Shown: one piece after another, positions 1 to 16,579 of the stretch
Layout: every line of letters starts with the position of its first letter
How positions within the stretch are numbered: position 1 is the first letter of the stretch
Source of the DNA: Trichosphaerium sp. ATCC 40318
Lineage: Eukaryota > Protista > Tubulinea
Length of the DNA: 64,000 bases
Assembly: GCA_038496445.1 (NCBI GenBank)
Contig: JALMLS010000057.1
Location: 62,001 to 126,000 of the forward strand
Direction of reading: 5' to 3'
Notes under the pieces: generated by a model
The model's input: only the letters and a program-made list of their open reading frames with translations
What the model was told of the DNA's origin: nothing
The model's database searches: none
Translations under genes and position numbers: made by a program

Positions 1-2858
<2,858 letters not shown>

Positions 2859-2983
2859 AGTCTTTGAATCAGCTGCCACTCCAGGCTAGTATCTCAAACA
2901 ATTTAAAACTCTAGAAGCATGTTTTAACGAAATTGACCATTGTTTTTCGTTCATTTTTTCTTTCGGACTATTAATCGCCACAT

Positions 2984-5025
2984 ATGACACCACTAGTATC
3001 CTTTTTATTATTCATTGGATTACTCATATGTAGTAAAGGTATTTACGAACCCTTTCAAATCGTTTACAAAAAATGAAAGCAATCACGTGCTAACGAATTC
3101 AAAAATACAGCTGCTTTTGTTGCGAGATACCACTTTAACGGTACAGAAGTTGGTGCACCTTATAGGCACGAGATTTTTAACCTCGTTTTATGTTTTATAT
3201 TTCTACAATTCTTTAACGCCATAGCTTCATAGTGAGGACGATATCATTGATGATTTAAGTGGAAATGGAAATATTTTGTCTCCGATTGGAGATGACGTGC
3301 GTGTCGCAGGTACATACGATTATATGGTATGTACGAAGTAACTGATGAGTTTAGAGGATAGAGACATGATGCCTACTGCAATAGGCGTAGGTATAGCTGA
3401 TTATTTATATTCTCAAGATGAGATAACAATCAGCGCTGGTAAGGCTTTGTAAGTATTAATAATCAATGTTGACGGTTATTCGAAAGCCACTACGTATACT
3501 GTAAGTGCAGTTTATAAATGTCGCGAAGCCTGTACAATTGCCGTTGTAGCTGATGCATTTGGTACTACATTCTGGGCCATCAAGTACGTAAACGTGTACG
3601 CAGATGACACCAAGTAATATTGTTCCAAGGATCGAAGCGGAAGGTGTTATTACTGCTGATATTGTACGCGCTGGCTCTTTGGCTATAGATGTAGCATCAC
3701 GTACGACATCAGCGTTAGATGGTGAATGGCATGTTGTAGGCGTTATTAGGAAACAAGATAGCATTCAAGTGCGTCATAAAATCCTTGGAATGAATCCTTA
3801 TTTTCTTTCAAGATTTTCTTCGATGACAGGCTTGTTGGAGAGGTATGACTGCTAGCAACGTTGTAGAAATAATTAAAATAATCAAAAGGGTACTCTACCA
3901 ATGCAAAGTGATTTTAATGGAAGACTATCTCTTGGTGGTACAGGTGAAATAATATTTGACATATTCAGCATCCAAGATGTAAGTGTTTATATTAAAAAAA
4001 AATTGAGGCCGCCCAGTCCATCCAAACTAACCTAATGTTTAGGGTGACGCATCCGCTATTGAAGGTATAGATTTTAGTGCAGTATATTTAATGCACATGT
4101 GACTAAAATATACATTTTACAGATCCACATTTGGAGACCTTTGACGGCAGAAAATTTGGTACGAAGAAAGAAAATGGTTTCAATAAGACTAAATTTTTTG
4201 AAAAATAGACTTTATGGGTGCTCCTGGAAAATACTATGCTTTGTACACAGATAAATACGCACAAGTAAATTGTCTTCTTGCGCCATGGGAAATATACGGA
4301 CCAGAAGCAACAGTACGTTAACAACATGCTTTGATAGGTTTTTTTGCTAATTTTTTCTAAGGTGATAAGTGAGATTGGTATCATGACAGAGAATGCTAAG
4401 CTAAGTGCACATAGAGCAGGAGAATTCATGATGAATGGAAAGTTTTTAGAAAAGGTTAGTTAGTATCCTTGTAAAATCTCTTCTCATTACAATAGGGCGT
4501 GACGATTGATTTTGAAGATGGAACACTAGGCAAGTTTTCAAAAAAAAAAAAAAGGGATAAAAAAACCCAGTTTATATCAACCCGAAGAGAGCCACTGTGT
4601 TTTTTTCTAATACAATATCTCTAGAGACAACTGAAAATAAAATGAAGATATCCACAGAAGCAATTTACGCTGAAATTGAAGTAGCTAAAGATGACTTTGG
4701 TAGCTACTTAAACATAGCAATTAGGTTCGTCTAAAAAAATTCCCACGTGATTTGGTTTAATTGAGCTGCTTAGGCTTGGTACAAAGGTTCACAATCCACA
4801 TGGACTCCTTGGTCAAGTACGTGATGAATGTAGTCTGAATAAGTTATTTACAAGGTTGATAGAGCTCTGAGAATAGAAGTGAAGACGATCCTTTTGAGGG
4901 AAGTGCAGATGATTACCTTGTAGAAGAACTATTTAATCACCAATTTCGTTTCTCCAGGTACTTTATTATTTGGGACATTAAGAATGTATAATAACCGAAT
5001 ATACAGGTTCAACAGGAACGACTAA
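2984..5025 (+). CDS. Secreted protein with LamG/ConA-like N-terminal part and vWD-like 'DPH..FDG..FDF.G' domain
   Basis: Hand splicing gives signal peptide MTPLVSFLLFIGLLICSKAA, then FVARYHFNG...DDLSGNGN and later DPHLETFDGRKFDFMGAPGKYYALYTD. Confidence 0.6.
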
Positions 5026-5250
5026 ATGAAAAAACACAAAAACTTACCGGTTAATTATTTGTTCAATAAATTCTTGTTTTTAATTTTTTGTTAAATCAGA
5101 GCTACCAAAGGCTCCCAACCTTGAAGAATGTTATTTTGTTATCTAGTACAGTGTCCTTAATCCAAGATTTACGGAAATACTTTGTATTGGCTCGCTCAGC
5201 GAGCACAAGAACAACGATAAAGTTGGAAAGAAATTAAATTTTTTTATTAT

Positions 5251-7427
5251 TTACTCTGTTGGTTGTTGTATTGCTTCCGATACTACTGTTACCAATTTAT
5301 CAATGTTTTGCTTCCAAGTCTTCAAGCGACCTTGAAGGTCTTTCCATTCTGGTGGACCAAAAGAACGCAACAATGAGTGCCTAAAGGAAGAAAAATTAAT
5401 CAAATGAGAAAAAAAAACCACAGCGAAAAAGGAAGGGCAGTTGTTCTTTGAAAGAATCGTTTTTCTTGCGTACGTTACAATTACAGATGACGTGTTCTGG
5501 TCGAGTCTGGCTGTAATGACCTTTGCAGCGATTGCTTTGATAACCCAACGTTCTACGTTTTCTTCATCGGTCTAGTAAATCAAAAGTCAGAAAAAGTTCT
5601 TTAACTGAAGCGATCACGAATTTTTTTTCTTGGCTTTTGTTTTGTTTTAGAAAAAAAGTCTGACAGAAATTAAAACTCTCATCAATCGTATGAATAATCA
5701 GTAATCAGGGGATCGGACGAAAAATAATCATAGAGTTAGAACCAAGACAGTTTTTTCTTAATTTTTTTCAAATACGAAAAAAAAAATTTGAAAGAAATTT
5801 GTTGTCTTACCTGCAATGCTTGTGCAACTTTTGAATAAGGTAGTGTAGATTCAACACTGCATAATGTAATAAGAGATATCAAACGCATTTTCTCCAATAG
5901 TTGTTCGGAGTTCAAGCCTACATATAAATAAATAAACTAAAGATGACACAACGGTCATTTCCAAAACTTCTTTTTTTTTTTGAATAAAAATTTCACACAT
6001 TCTCTAAGAGAAGATTTGAAGACTTTTTTAACAATTATGTAATAAACGCGCGTGTTAATGACTAATTTATGAAAAAAAAAATTGTTGTTCAAGCTGTACC
6101 TGTTTTCTCCAAAAATGATTTGTTTGCTTTTTCAAACTCCATGAAGCTAGATGTATCTTCCTTTGTAAAAATCTCAACAATTCTGTAATACAAAGCGTCA
6201 TCTCCACCCTTCTTTTTAAGTCCTTCAAGTAATTTGCAAGAAAGTAAATCATCGAATCTGTAGGACACTAAAACAAAGCCGTTGAGCATCACGAACACGG
6301 GGGAAAAAAAAAAAAAAAGTAAACAACTCTTCTAGTGCGGCTTTGAGACTTTATGAATTCCTGTCTAAGATTCTTACCTTTAAGCGCTAGAATAACAGCA
6401 TTTCTCATACACTCAAGAGCAGTTTCAAAGGAGTCACTGGCTTCATCTGGATCTTCGAAATAATCAAAGTATTTCTTCATAAAAGTGAGTGTTTCTTCAG
6501 AACTAAACGTTTCTCATTAGTTCTGTTCTTTGGTTTTAAAGCAATTAATTGCAAGTCTTTCTGCAAGTGTTTTTTTCACGCTTTAGACTATAAGACGCAC
6601 TCTGCGTTTTGTTGCTGACCAATGTTGGCAATCAATTTGTATATCTGGCGTTTCTGTGCTGTATCTGCTTGCCAACCGCTCAAACGTGACTCTATGTTAC
6701 TAAAATCACCAGACACTTCAGATCCTGTATTGGATTCAAGCGCAAATGCCAATAAACGTGAGTAAATAGCGAAACCTTGTTTTTTTGCGTCAAATAAATT
6801 GTACAAGCTAGCCAAACTAAAGGACGTGAGTAATTGAGCGTGAAAGCAGCTATAAGCGTTGTTTAAAGTTTATATGATTTTTCTTTTTCTCTAACGCGTG
6901 AAGTAGTTGATATAGAGACACGCACACATTGAGTTTAGCTTTAGGTGTAGTTTTTGGTTCTATCGCGATAGTATCCAACAAACGAGGTGTCATTTCAGCG
7001 ACGAAATCAGCGTCTTCTTTCAAGAGTATAGAAGTGAATAAGGTGAGTGCTTTTAATGCGTCTAGTGAATAATAAGTATTGTTTAACGTAGGAAAATATT
7101 TAGCGGCGTAAATAGCGAGCAATAGTAGATACAAAGCTACGTTTACGCATACACAACGTTTTTTGTACAGAACTAAAAAAATCGAGCATTTCGTTTGTTA
7201 CCTTGCTCTCCGCCCTCTACCCATAACAATTTATGGTGTTCTAACAGTTTTTCAAGGATATCACGGGCATTTTCGTTCTGTAATAGCTGTTGGAATTGCT
7301 CAGAAAGAGAGGTATCTTTATCTCCACCAGCTTGCTCATCGTCTGAATTAGCGAGGCGCTCATATAATGAAGCTAATAGCAATACTTGATCTCCATCGTC
7401 AGCAAGGTCCACTACACAAATCGACAT
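5251..7427 (-). CDS. EIF3M: Eukaryotic translation initiation factor 3 subunit M (PCI domain)
   Basis: LASLYNLF..., FDDLL, EKMRLISL..LPYSKVAQALQ..VERWVIKAI..ARLDQ..RSFGPPEWKDLQGRLKTWKQNI follow the eIF3m/CSN7-type PCI pattern. Confidence 0.85.
5674..5737 (-). ncRNA. Candidate box C/D snoRNA in an eIF3m intron
   Basis: Terminal stem AACTC/GAGTT; C-like ATGATTA; guide TTTTTCGTCCGATCCC then D' CTGA; C'-like CTGATTA; D-like ATGA. The guide is complementary to GGGATCGGACG, which resembles the SSU rRNA segment ..ACTAGGGATCGG.. Confidence 0.55.
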
Positions 7428-7746
7428 GGTGCTAGAGTTCTATAAACTATTACGCTTAAGGTAAAGCAGTGGCTTGAGCGACCTGAGAATACAGCAAGAA
7501 AAAACCAAACCAACCAAAAGTGTTTAGCAACACTCGTTCAAAAAAAACCCAGTTAACTTTTTCTTTCGTTGTAGCTCCCGTGAAACAATAAATACCCAAT
7601 ATTGTGATTGCACGTGGTGAATATGTAGCACGTGGATCGTTAAAAACGTTACAAATGGGTTGTAGTCAAGCGTGAGTTGACCAATCTTCACTTTGATTGT
7701 AGATTTTTATTTGGTTGGAACAAAAATTGCAACAACTTTTTTCTGT

Positions 7747-10700
7747 TTACTCTGATGGTAGAACGTGAACGCCAAATTTGACGGTGTATGAAGCGCCGTT
7801 TACATTCAAAGTCTTCTCAGGATCTAAAAGAAGAGATCAGAACAAAAAAGATGAAACAATAATACACATTTTTTGTCCTTTTTGTAGTAAAGCTACGTAC
7901 TGCTTTTGAACTCGTCCAGAAGTTTACCGTAATTGAGTACACTCAATACTTGTGTTAGTTGGTCTCGTTTTTTATCATCAGACTCAAGTTTTGAAAGTTC
8001 CTTCACATCAAACAAAAAGGAAGGACGTATCATCGTCAAGAACACTTTGCATCCACGGATAGTGTCTACAGCCTCTGAAAGTACGGTATGGTACTGAGGA
8101 AGATTACACTCAGGATGCAAAGGTGTAGCTGTACTGGCAGCAATTTCAGCACCATTAGTAGTTATGGCATCCGTGAGATCTTTTACAGCAGCGGCTTTAC
8201 CTTGCAAGCGGTAAAATACGACAACTTTGTCTCCAACCTCGAGTTTTGCCTAAAAAAGATACAAGTTAGATTCAACAGCCGAAAGGAATGGATCTAGAAT
8301 CCCGAAAAGATGGATTTTTCGAGAGTTCAACAAAAGTACAAAGAGAAAACTCTCTTTTGACTTGATGCGTGATTATGTACCTGTTTTCTCAGTTTCTGTA
8401 CTCTATTAACCATTTCACGTGTAAGACCTTCACGTAAGACTTCTGGAGTCATTGTTGTATCAATAGCAACAACACAACTTACATCCTTGTGGAATACAGC
8501 GACCAAGTTTTTACTCTTACCGGCTGGCTCACGTCTTAGATCAACATCAGCAAGTGTTATCTTGTGGCCTAATACTTCAATAGATTGGTCCTTCAAGAAT
8601 GCTTCAACTTGATCTTTTGATAACTCTAGAAGCAAAGTGTAAGTTCTTCCGTTTTTCTGAGAAAAACAAAAAAAACAAAAAAATAACTTGAGACTGAATT
8701 CGATGCGTACCCTTCAAGGCTTGGCCTACTTTCTTGGTGTCACCGCGTAGTCTTGAACTGAGTTTTCTAAAGTCTGGTACAATTATGGTGTTTATGGCCT
8801 CGCTATCGCGTGAATAAGTGATTTTCTTGGTGTTCATCTCCTTGAGTAGGTATGGCTCCAATTTCTGCAAATCAGCAATGTACTGCTCGTCACTTGTGTA
8901 TACAACACAGTCAATAGTAGGGTACTAATCACAAAAGAGTAAGAAACAATTTTCTTTGGGTCAAAGAAAAAAAAACAGGTTTGTTTGTGCTTACTCTCAA
9001 AGATCTCTTTGCGTCGTCTCTGGCTCTACGGTTTAGTTCAATGACTTCTTGCATTCTAGTTACAGCGCGTTCAATATCTTCATCAATGAGATCTTCTTTT
9101 GCTTCTGGGAATGACAAGTAGTGGACACTGTCTTGTCTTTGTTCTTCTGGAAGTGCCAAACGAAGATTTTGGTAGATGAACTCAACAAAGAAAGGTGTGA
9201 ATGGAGCCATGGCTCTCGATAGTGTGTAAAATACTTCAAACATGGTATTCAATGCATGTCTTTGGTCTTCAGGACCTTCATCACCCTTTAACAAGATTAG
9301 ATTAAAACTTTTCTGAGCTGACCTTTTTTGTACCTTTATGATTCTTCCTCTGTTCAATCGGATATACCAATTAGCAAGTTGCATTATGAACTTGATGAGT
9401 AATGGTACGACAGTGTATAAATGGTATAGACCCATCTCAGTTCTCACAAGCTTGATTAGAGACTGGAGAGAAGCGAGAATCCACTTGTCAGTGATATTAG
9501 GCGATTTACCAATAGCAGAAGCGTCGAATTGGTATCCGCCCTCTAGTCCAATAGCAGCTGTAGCAAACATACGGTATCCATGGAACCAACGTTGGAATAC
9601 ATCACGACGCATAGCTTCTACGCCTTCTTCTTTGAACCTCAAGTTCTCACCTCTTACAACAGGTGATGTTATGAGATACAAACGAAGAGAATCAGCTCCA
9701 AGGCGGTCTAGCACACCAGTTGGATCTGGGTAATTCTTTAAGCTCTTGCTCATCTTTTTACCGTCACTAAAAAGAAAATCAATCTCGGCCAAAAACAGTA
9801 GGTTGAGCAGAGCAGCGCGATCGATAAAATAAATTTGTTGTTGACGTACGCGGCCATAACGAGTCCGTTTACGATTAGATTCTTGAAAGGTGGCTTATCG
9901 AAAAGTGCTGTTGAAAGTACTAATAAAGTGTAGAACCAACCACGAGTTTGGTCAATACCCTCAGCGATGAAATCAGCAGGGAATAATTCTGTTTCGAAGA
10001 TGTCCTTGTTTTCATGTGGGTAATGTTGTTGAGCGTATGGCATAGAACCAGACTCAAACCAACAATCGAAAACTTCTTCTACACGACGTAGAGGCGGGTT
10101 TCCTGGAGTAGCAGACGGAATTGTCAAATGATCAATGCTAGAAACAGTTTAAGAATACATTTAAACAGAGAAAATAAACTTACTTGTGACGATGGAGATC
10201 AGTTACTTTTTCACCTGTAAGCTCTTCTAGTTCGGCTACTGATGAGATAACCTTAATCTCTGAATAATCTTCATTCGTCCAGAGAGGAAGTGGTGTACCC
10301 CAGTACCTAAGAAGACATGTGAGCCGCCTTCACTTTCAAAAAAAAAAAAACAAGACAAACAATAAGATCATTCTTTCAACCGTACCTATTACGGGAGATG
10401 GCCCAGTCGCGAGCATCCTTCAGCCAGTTTGTGAACCTCTTTTCTTTGACAGTATTTGGTACCCTAGAATAGGTTAAACGCGCATATTGTTTGAATCAGT
10501 GCTTACCAATAGGTGTTTTTGTTATTTACTAGCAAACGGTCTTTGATTGCTGTTACTTTAACGAACCAACATGGTACTGCCTTGTAAATCAATGGTGTCT
10601 TACTACGCCAGCAGAATGGGTATTCATGAAGTATTTGAGACTGAAGAACTAAGCTTCCATTTGCCTTTAACATTTTCATAATATTTTTGTCTGCTTCTTT

Positions 10701-12371
10701 CACATGTTGTCCAACAAAGTCTGTTACAACATCAGTGAATCTACCTTTAAGGAGAGATTAGTATTAACAACAATCAAACAAGAAATCATCAAAAAAAAAG
10801 ACGTACCATCAGCATCGACAGGGCAAGGAAGCTCTGCCTCTGAAATAATGCCTGCTGCTTTACAAACACGGAAATCGTCTTCACCAAAAGCTGGTGCTTG
10901 GTGTACTACTCCTGTACCGCTGCTATCTGTAACATATGTGTCTACCAAGACCTTGTATGCTTTACCAGTGTACTCTTTGGCAAAATATGGGAATAATGGT
11001 TCGTAGGTTAAACCTTCAAGATCAGCTCCCTTCATTCTTGCCAAGATTTCATAAGGCTTCTTTTTGTTGAACAAGTAGGACAAGCGAGACTCTCCCATGA
11101 TATATACATTACCACTTTTAACGTCTATAGGAAGGTAAGATTACTACCAGACAAGAACATACGACAAAAAAAGACAACCAAAACTGTTAACGTTTTGTTT
11201 TGAAATCAGAAACTCCGATCATACTCAAAGAATTTCATAAGGCTCTGGAGATAGTTTCATCATGTAAAATAGATAATTTGAAAGAAAAATTTTTTTTAGC
11301 TCAGGGAGAAGAAATTAAAATAAAAAACAGAAGCTTAGTTTTACCTTTTACTTTGACGTAATCGAGCTTTGGGTGTACGCATAGTGCCAAGTTGGATGGA
11401 AGGGTCCACGGTGTGGTCGTCCAAGCAACGATCTTTACGTTAGGATCGCTTGTGAGTGCAAAAGAGACTACAATTGCCGGATCGGTTACGTTTCTGTAAT
11501 CTTGCTTTGCCTCAAAGTTGGATAGTGGTGTAGTACATCCAGTAGAGTAAGGCATGACCTACAACAACAACTTAGAGCGATTGCGGGAGCGATATAAGTG
11601 GCTTTAAATTAAATTACCTTAAAACCGTGGTACACGAGGTCTTTCTTCCATAATTCGCTCATTACCCACCATACGGACTCCATAAACGATGTGTCCATCG
11701 TTTTGTAGTCGTTTTTAAAGTCTATCCAACGTCCCAGCCGCGTTACGACTTTTTCCCATTCGCCTGAGTATTTCATGACAATACCACGGCAAGCTTCGTT
11801 GTAGTTATCAATACCGAATTTCAACACTTGTTCCTTCGTTTTGATGCCTTCTTGTTTATCTATCTCAAATTCGATTGGCAGACCTAATACGTAATATTGA
11901 GTACATTGACTATCGTTCAAGAGCGTTTTGGGTGACACTTACCATGACAATCCCAACCGAAGCGTCTTTCGACGTAATGCCCCGTTTGGTGAGCGTAGCG
12001 CGTAACAGTATCCTTAATGGTACCTGCAAGGATGTGGCTACGTTTGTTTAGTAAACGTACTGGTTTGTTTAATTTAAAGGTGTTTTGAGTACGCACCCAT
12101 AATGTGGTAAGCCAGTAGCGAACGGTGGGCCATCATAAAAAGTAAATCGAGGTTTTCCTTTTCATTATTAATGTTTATGCTAGTGGTGTTGATTTCTAGT
12201 ACCCTCTGATAATTTTATGCTTGTTTTGAATGCATCAACTTTCTTCCAATGTTCAAGTATCTCTTCCTCAACGACAGCGAAGTCGTGAGAGGACTTCACT
12301 GTAGGCGAGTATTAGTATCTTTGTACATCATCCACGTTATTATTATGTGTAGTTGCCGTACCAGGTTGCAT
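7747..12371 (-). CDS. IARS1: Cytoplasmic isoleucyl-tRNA synthetase
   Basis: [16 protein letters not shown] (HIGH), [69 protein letters not shown]. Confidence 0.97.
11206..11263 (-). ncRNA. Candidate box C/D snoRNA in an IleRS intron
   Basis: Perfect C box ATGATGA (11257-11263) and D box CTGA (11206-11209) in an over-long intron, same strand as the host gene. Confidence 0.45.
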
Positions 12372-12557
12372 TATTACTCTTCTACTGTTCTTCTTGAAGC
12401 GTGTTAGTGTATTGAACGTATTTGAATTTTATAAACATACTTTTAGCTGTTCACCTCAGTGAAAAAAACGTACGCGTTGCAAACTAAGAAATTAACAAGA
12501 AATAAAAACTTGTGACAACATAAACGGCTTTATTTCTTTTATACAAGTTTTCCCATA

Positions 12558-13298
12558 TCACCGCCAGTGATGCAACGAATACCAACGTGTCATTAACTTC
12601 AGTGAAGAGACAAGTCCTGGACCTAAAAAACTCAAGATGATTCAAATCAGACGCATAATGTTGTCTAGGCGAGCTAGACGTTTTTCATCAGGAGTCATCT
12701 TTCGTATCCATGTAGTTCTACGTCCAATTGATCCAGTTACTTTATATCTACTGCTTTTTGATCCCATACCATTGCACCACGCGACAAGATCACATTCGTT
12801 TACATAAAGCTGTCCTTTTATACAAGTAGCATAAATCTTCCTTGGTTGGCTCCTCTTGAAGTCATCAAAAAGTGCATATGAAATTCTATCAACATCGAGT
12901 AACTCTCTTAATACTTGACCAAGCTGTGGCATACAAAAATGTACACCTTTGGAATCCAAAAGAAAGACACGTGTTTTAGCAGTATTTTGTACACTAACGG
13001 CTCAAGTTAGTTTGGAATACTAGTGGATTCCGTACGTTGAATCTACTGAGCTGTACGCGTTTTGTAAACCCAATTTTGCCTTGCTTGGTAAACTTTTTGA
13101 TAACTTTCTTCGGCTGTTCTCAGCACCAATCCGTTCGTAGCCCACTATTTTAAGGCTTATTGACTTACCTTCTGCAATGTAGGGACGCGGTTTCGGGTCA
13201 TAAACTTTGCGATGACCCGAAAGACTTAGCTTTTTTTTAACCTTTTGAGCATGTACTTTATGCTCATGCCACGTGATTGATGCTACATAAATCAACAT
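12558..13298 (-). CDS. Hypothetical basic protein (2-3 exons; 3' end uncertain)
   Basis: Two adjacent ORFs (13020-13298, 12642-12959) joinable by a short intron; no family recognised. Confidence 0.45.
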
Positions 13299-13432
13299 AT
13301 TTTAAAAATAATCGAGGAGACACGCACCAGTCACACCCATATAGCCAGACACATCACTGAATTTGCCATCAGATTTTAAAATATTCACTCGTTCTGGTTT
13401 AAATAAAATATATTTCTTGTCTAGAGCACGTG

Positions 13433-13958
13433 TTAGAAGAGTCTACAAAGCTGAGAATCCGTACCCAACTTTGTAACACTACCAATGTAATTACGACACT
13501 TTGCACATGTAAGTTCGTTATCCTTACGCCCATGCATTACAGAAACACCGAAATATTCTTGCATGTATTCCTTTTTCGCTTTTGGGTTGTTTTCTTCGAT
13601 TATCACGTGACCTCCTTTGTGAGCTAGAATTGCCAATAAACGAGCAGGAACCAATGGCACTTCACAAACAGCACACACAAGATATGGTTCGGCTTGGAGA
13701 ACGTTAGAAACATCAAAGGGTAGACGGCGTACTGTTTGGTACAACTGAATTCGTTTTCTTTTTTGGTTTTGGAACTAGTGGTATTTCATCATCTTTTGTT
13801 ATTCTTCGTTGATCACCTAGGCGCTGAAGGTTTTTTTTCATGTAGCTTGGGTTATTTTTATTTGATTTTGCAGCTTTTCGTTTATTAACAATGTCGTCAA
13901 TGCTTGTTGACAATCTTGAATGCTTGCTGACGCGCCACTGCTCCCTAAGTGCTGCCAT
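13433..13958 (-). CDS. Small protein with Yippee/Mis18-like zinc-binding domain
   Basis: One intron joins a basic N-terminus to YLVCAVCEVPL...LTCAKCRNYIG (two CxxC about 50 aa apart). Confidence 0.5.
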
Positions 13959-14492
13959 TTTTCCCTAAGATTATTCATGAGACTCGTTTGGGTTATAACG
14001 CAAACTCCAAGTGATTACTGCACGCAGGGCGCTATTGTTTTTCTGATTGTTGGTCTTTATACCAAAATCAGCAAGGAAGGTATAAAACTTCCACAGTTGT
14101 AGCTACAATCTTACCTTTTAAGATTTACAGAGCGGAGAAAACGCTTATCGTATGTGTATGTGAGTATTCGCACCAAACTCCCTTTTTTTTGTAGCAGGTT
14201 TTAGCACGTGGTGTGATGAGGTACGCGTGAATTTTTCAGGTAGATTATACTGATTCAAGCGACTTAGTATCGTGTGAATGATTTGTAAACTTTTTGGATT
14301 GTTAGTGTTTTCGTCATTACATTCACCTGAAGGCGGGTAATTATTACAGCTAGTACTTAATTATATTCAACTAGAGTGATTAGGCTGTAGTATGAACATA
14401 TTTGAATAAAATTAACTAAAAATCATAATTCTTGTTTTGGTTGTAACCACTCACCATACTTGTAATTCCATCAAATAAGGCCATCAAAACTC

Positions 14493-16492
14493 ATGGAAGA
14501 CTCTGTAGACGTAGCTAAGGCAAAAGAGGAGGCCCGTCTAGCGGCCTCCATGCAGAGGATCAAAAATAGGGGTAGCATGAACCTAGTACGCAAAAAGGAC
14601 GTCGCTGCGCGTAAGCCACAAATAAAAGCGCCGTCTGTAAAAGCGGAAGAGAAAAAAGACTCCACGGCCAATAAACCAGTACCAAATTGGCGCAAACAAA
14701 GAGAAGAGAGAGCTAGGCGAGACAGAGAGGAAGCTTTACGGCGCCAAAAGGACAAAGACGCCAAGATTCACGAGATCGCTGCGCGTGCCGCTCTAATACG
14801 GGAGCGCAAGCCAGAACACGACGCCATACTTGAAAAGATAAAAACTGGTGGCGCAGTACGTCCTATACGAGCGTATTCGCGTTTTGGTTTCGGCGATCCT
14901 GAAAAGGACGCTACTACGCGTAAAGGGGGCGCCACAGGGCCAAAACTGAAGTCTAGCCCAAAAGAGGCTAAAACTCCCACCGTTACGAAAACCAAAAAAG
15001 ACACGCAATTGGATGTACAAGCTGACAAGGTACTTTTACACGCGTAACAGGCACTAAAACTGAAATTTCAATTTTTAGGATAGTACAAAGCAATCACCTG
15101 GAAAGGATATAGACGATTTTGTAGTGGTCGAGGTACTAGTTATAGCAACTTGCTTTTGCAGTAGCGTGGAGTGTAGCCAAAAGAATTCCGTTTGATCTTA
15201 TTTCGCCTCTGTAGGACGGTGGTGCTCACGAAGAAGAACCTCCTGGTTATGACAAGTTAGATACGTCAACTACAAAAGAAGAAAGCAGCACAGAAGATAA
15301 AGAAGATGTCAACGAAGAAAACGACGTTGACGAATCGGCTTCAGACTCCGAAGATGCGTCACCAGAGGAATCACCAACAGAAGAGCCTGAAGAATCCCCT
15401 GAACCAGAAACTAAGAATGAGACTCCAGTAGCATCTCCAGTAGCATCTCCAGAGCCATCGCCTGAAGCATCACCTGTGGCTTCACCTGAGCCATCACCAG
15501 AACCTTCTCCAAAAGCTTCACCAAAAGCTTCACCTGAGCCATCACCAGAGCCTTCACCAGAACCCTCACCAGAAGCTTCGCCTGAGGCTTCTCCTGAGCC
15601 GTCACCGGAACCTTCACCAGAGCCATCACCAGAACCTTCTCCAAAAGCTTCACCAAAAGCTTCACCTGCGCCGTCACCAGAGCCTTCACCTACTCCTTCA
15701 CCAAGAAAGAGTCTTAAACTTGACCTTAGTGCTGATGCACAGTCTGAAGAAGATGAGCCTATAGCTCAAACAACATATCGTTCCGATGCATCAGACTCAG
15801 GTGAACCTGTAGTCTACGGTGATGTAGAAACACCTAAAACAGAACCAGCTACACCAAAAGCTATAGAGTACGTTAAAGAACACTTTCTAAGGTTGTTATA
15901 ACAATTACTAGGCCTGAGCCTGAAGACGAGGTACCATTATCTCCTCGCGGAGGAACAGTACAAGAGACATACGCATACGAATCAGAGTATTCTCTGGAAG
16001 GTATCGGTGCTGTTGAAGCAAATAGTAGCGGACGAGAGTATGAAGATGAAGATATTACAATAACATATGGAGAACCTGATATTATGGAGACTCCAGAACC
16101 TCAAGATGAGTCTGATGAAGAGGTTGAAGATAATAATGATGAAGAAGTAAATACAGATAAGTCTGAAGAACCGAAGCCTTCATTAAAATCAAAGAGAAGT
16201 ACAAAGGAGAAGAAGACAAAGAAAAAATCCAAGAAATCTAAAAAAGGTGCTGAACCTTCTACAGGAAAGAAGAAAGGGTCTAAAAAGAAAAAAGGAAAAG
16301 AAGACCTTGATGCATCTGGTTCAAAAACAAAACGAACGAGTACGTCCTGTCTAGCTGAAACAAAGAAAACTTGCTTTTTTTTTTCTTCTGCTCTTTTACT
16401 TTTTCTTTGTTCTTCTTTTTTTCTCACCTTTTATGATAGAGAACTCTAAACGTAAAAAGACAAAAAAGAAACGAGATACAAGGATGGAATGA
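14493..16492 (+). CDS. Low-complexity, probably disordered protein (coiled N-terminus, SPE[P/A] repeats, acidic and Lys-rich tail)
   Basis: Exon ORFs 14493-15029, 15215-15869 and 15912-16339 linked by GT-AG introns. Confidence 0.7.
15422..15701 (+). repeat. Coding 12-bp minisatellite (TCACCAGAGCCA-like) encoding S-P-[E/K/V]-[P/A] tetrapeptides
   Basis: More than 20 degenerate 12-nt units with a duplicated higher-order block. Confidence 0.9.
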
Positions 16493-16579
16493 AATACGGC
16501 TGCTCATTTGAGCAGAAGGGGGCTATTGTAAACAATAATAATTTAAATTTTTTTTTTCTTTACAACGTATTTACGCCGT

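Noticed and set aside
15411-15689. Antisense ORF over the SPEP repeat (likewise 55238-55762, 9338-9733, 16101-16427)
   Set aside because: Shadow ORFs on the opposite strand of real coding exons.
15422-15701. CRISPR-like repeat array
   Set aside because: Contiguous degenerate 12-mers without spacers inside a eukaryotic exon.
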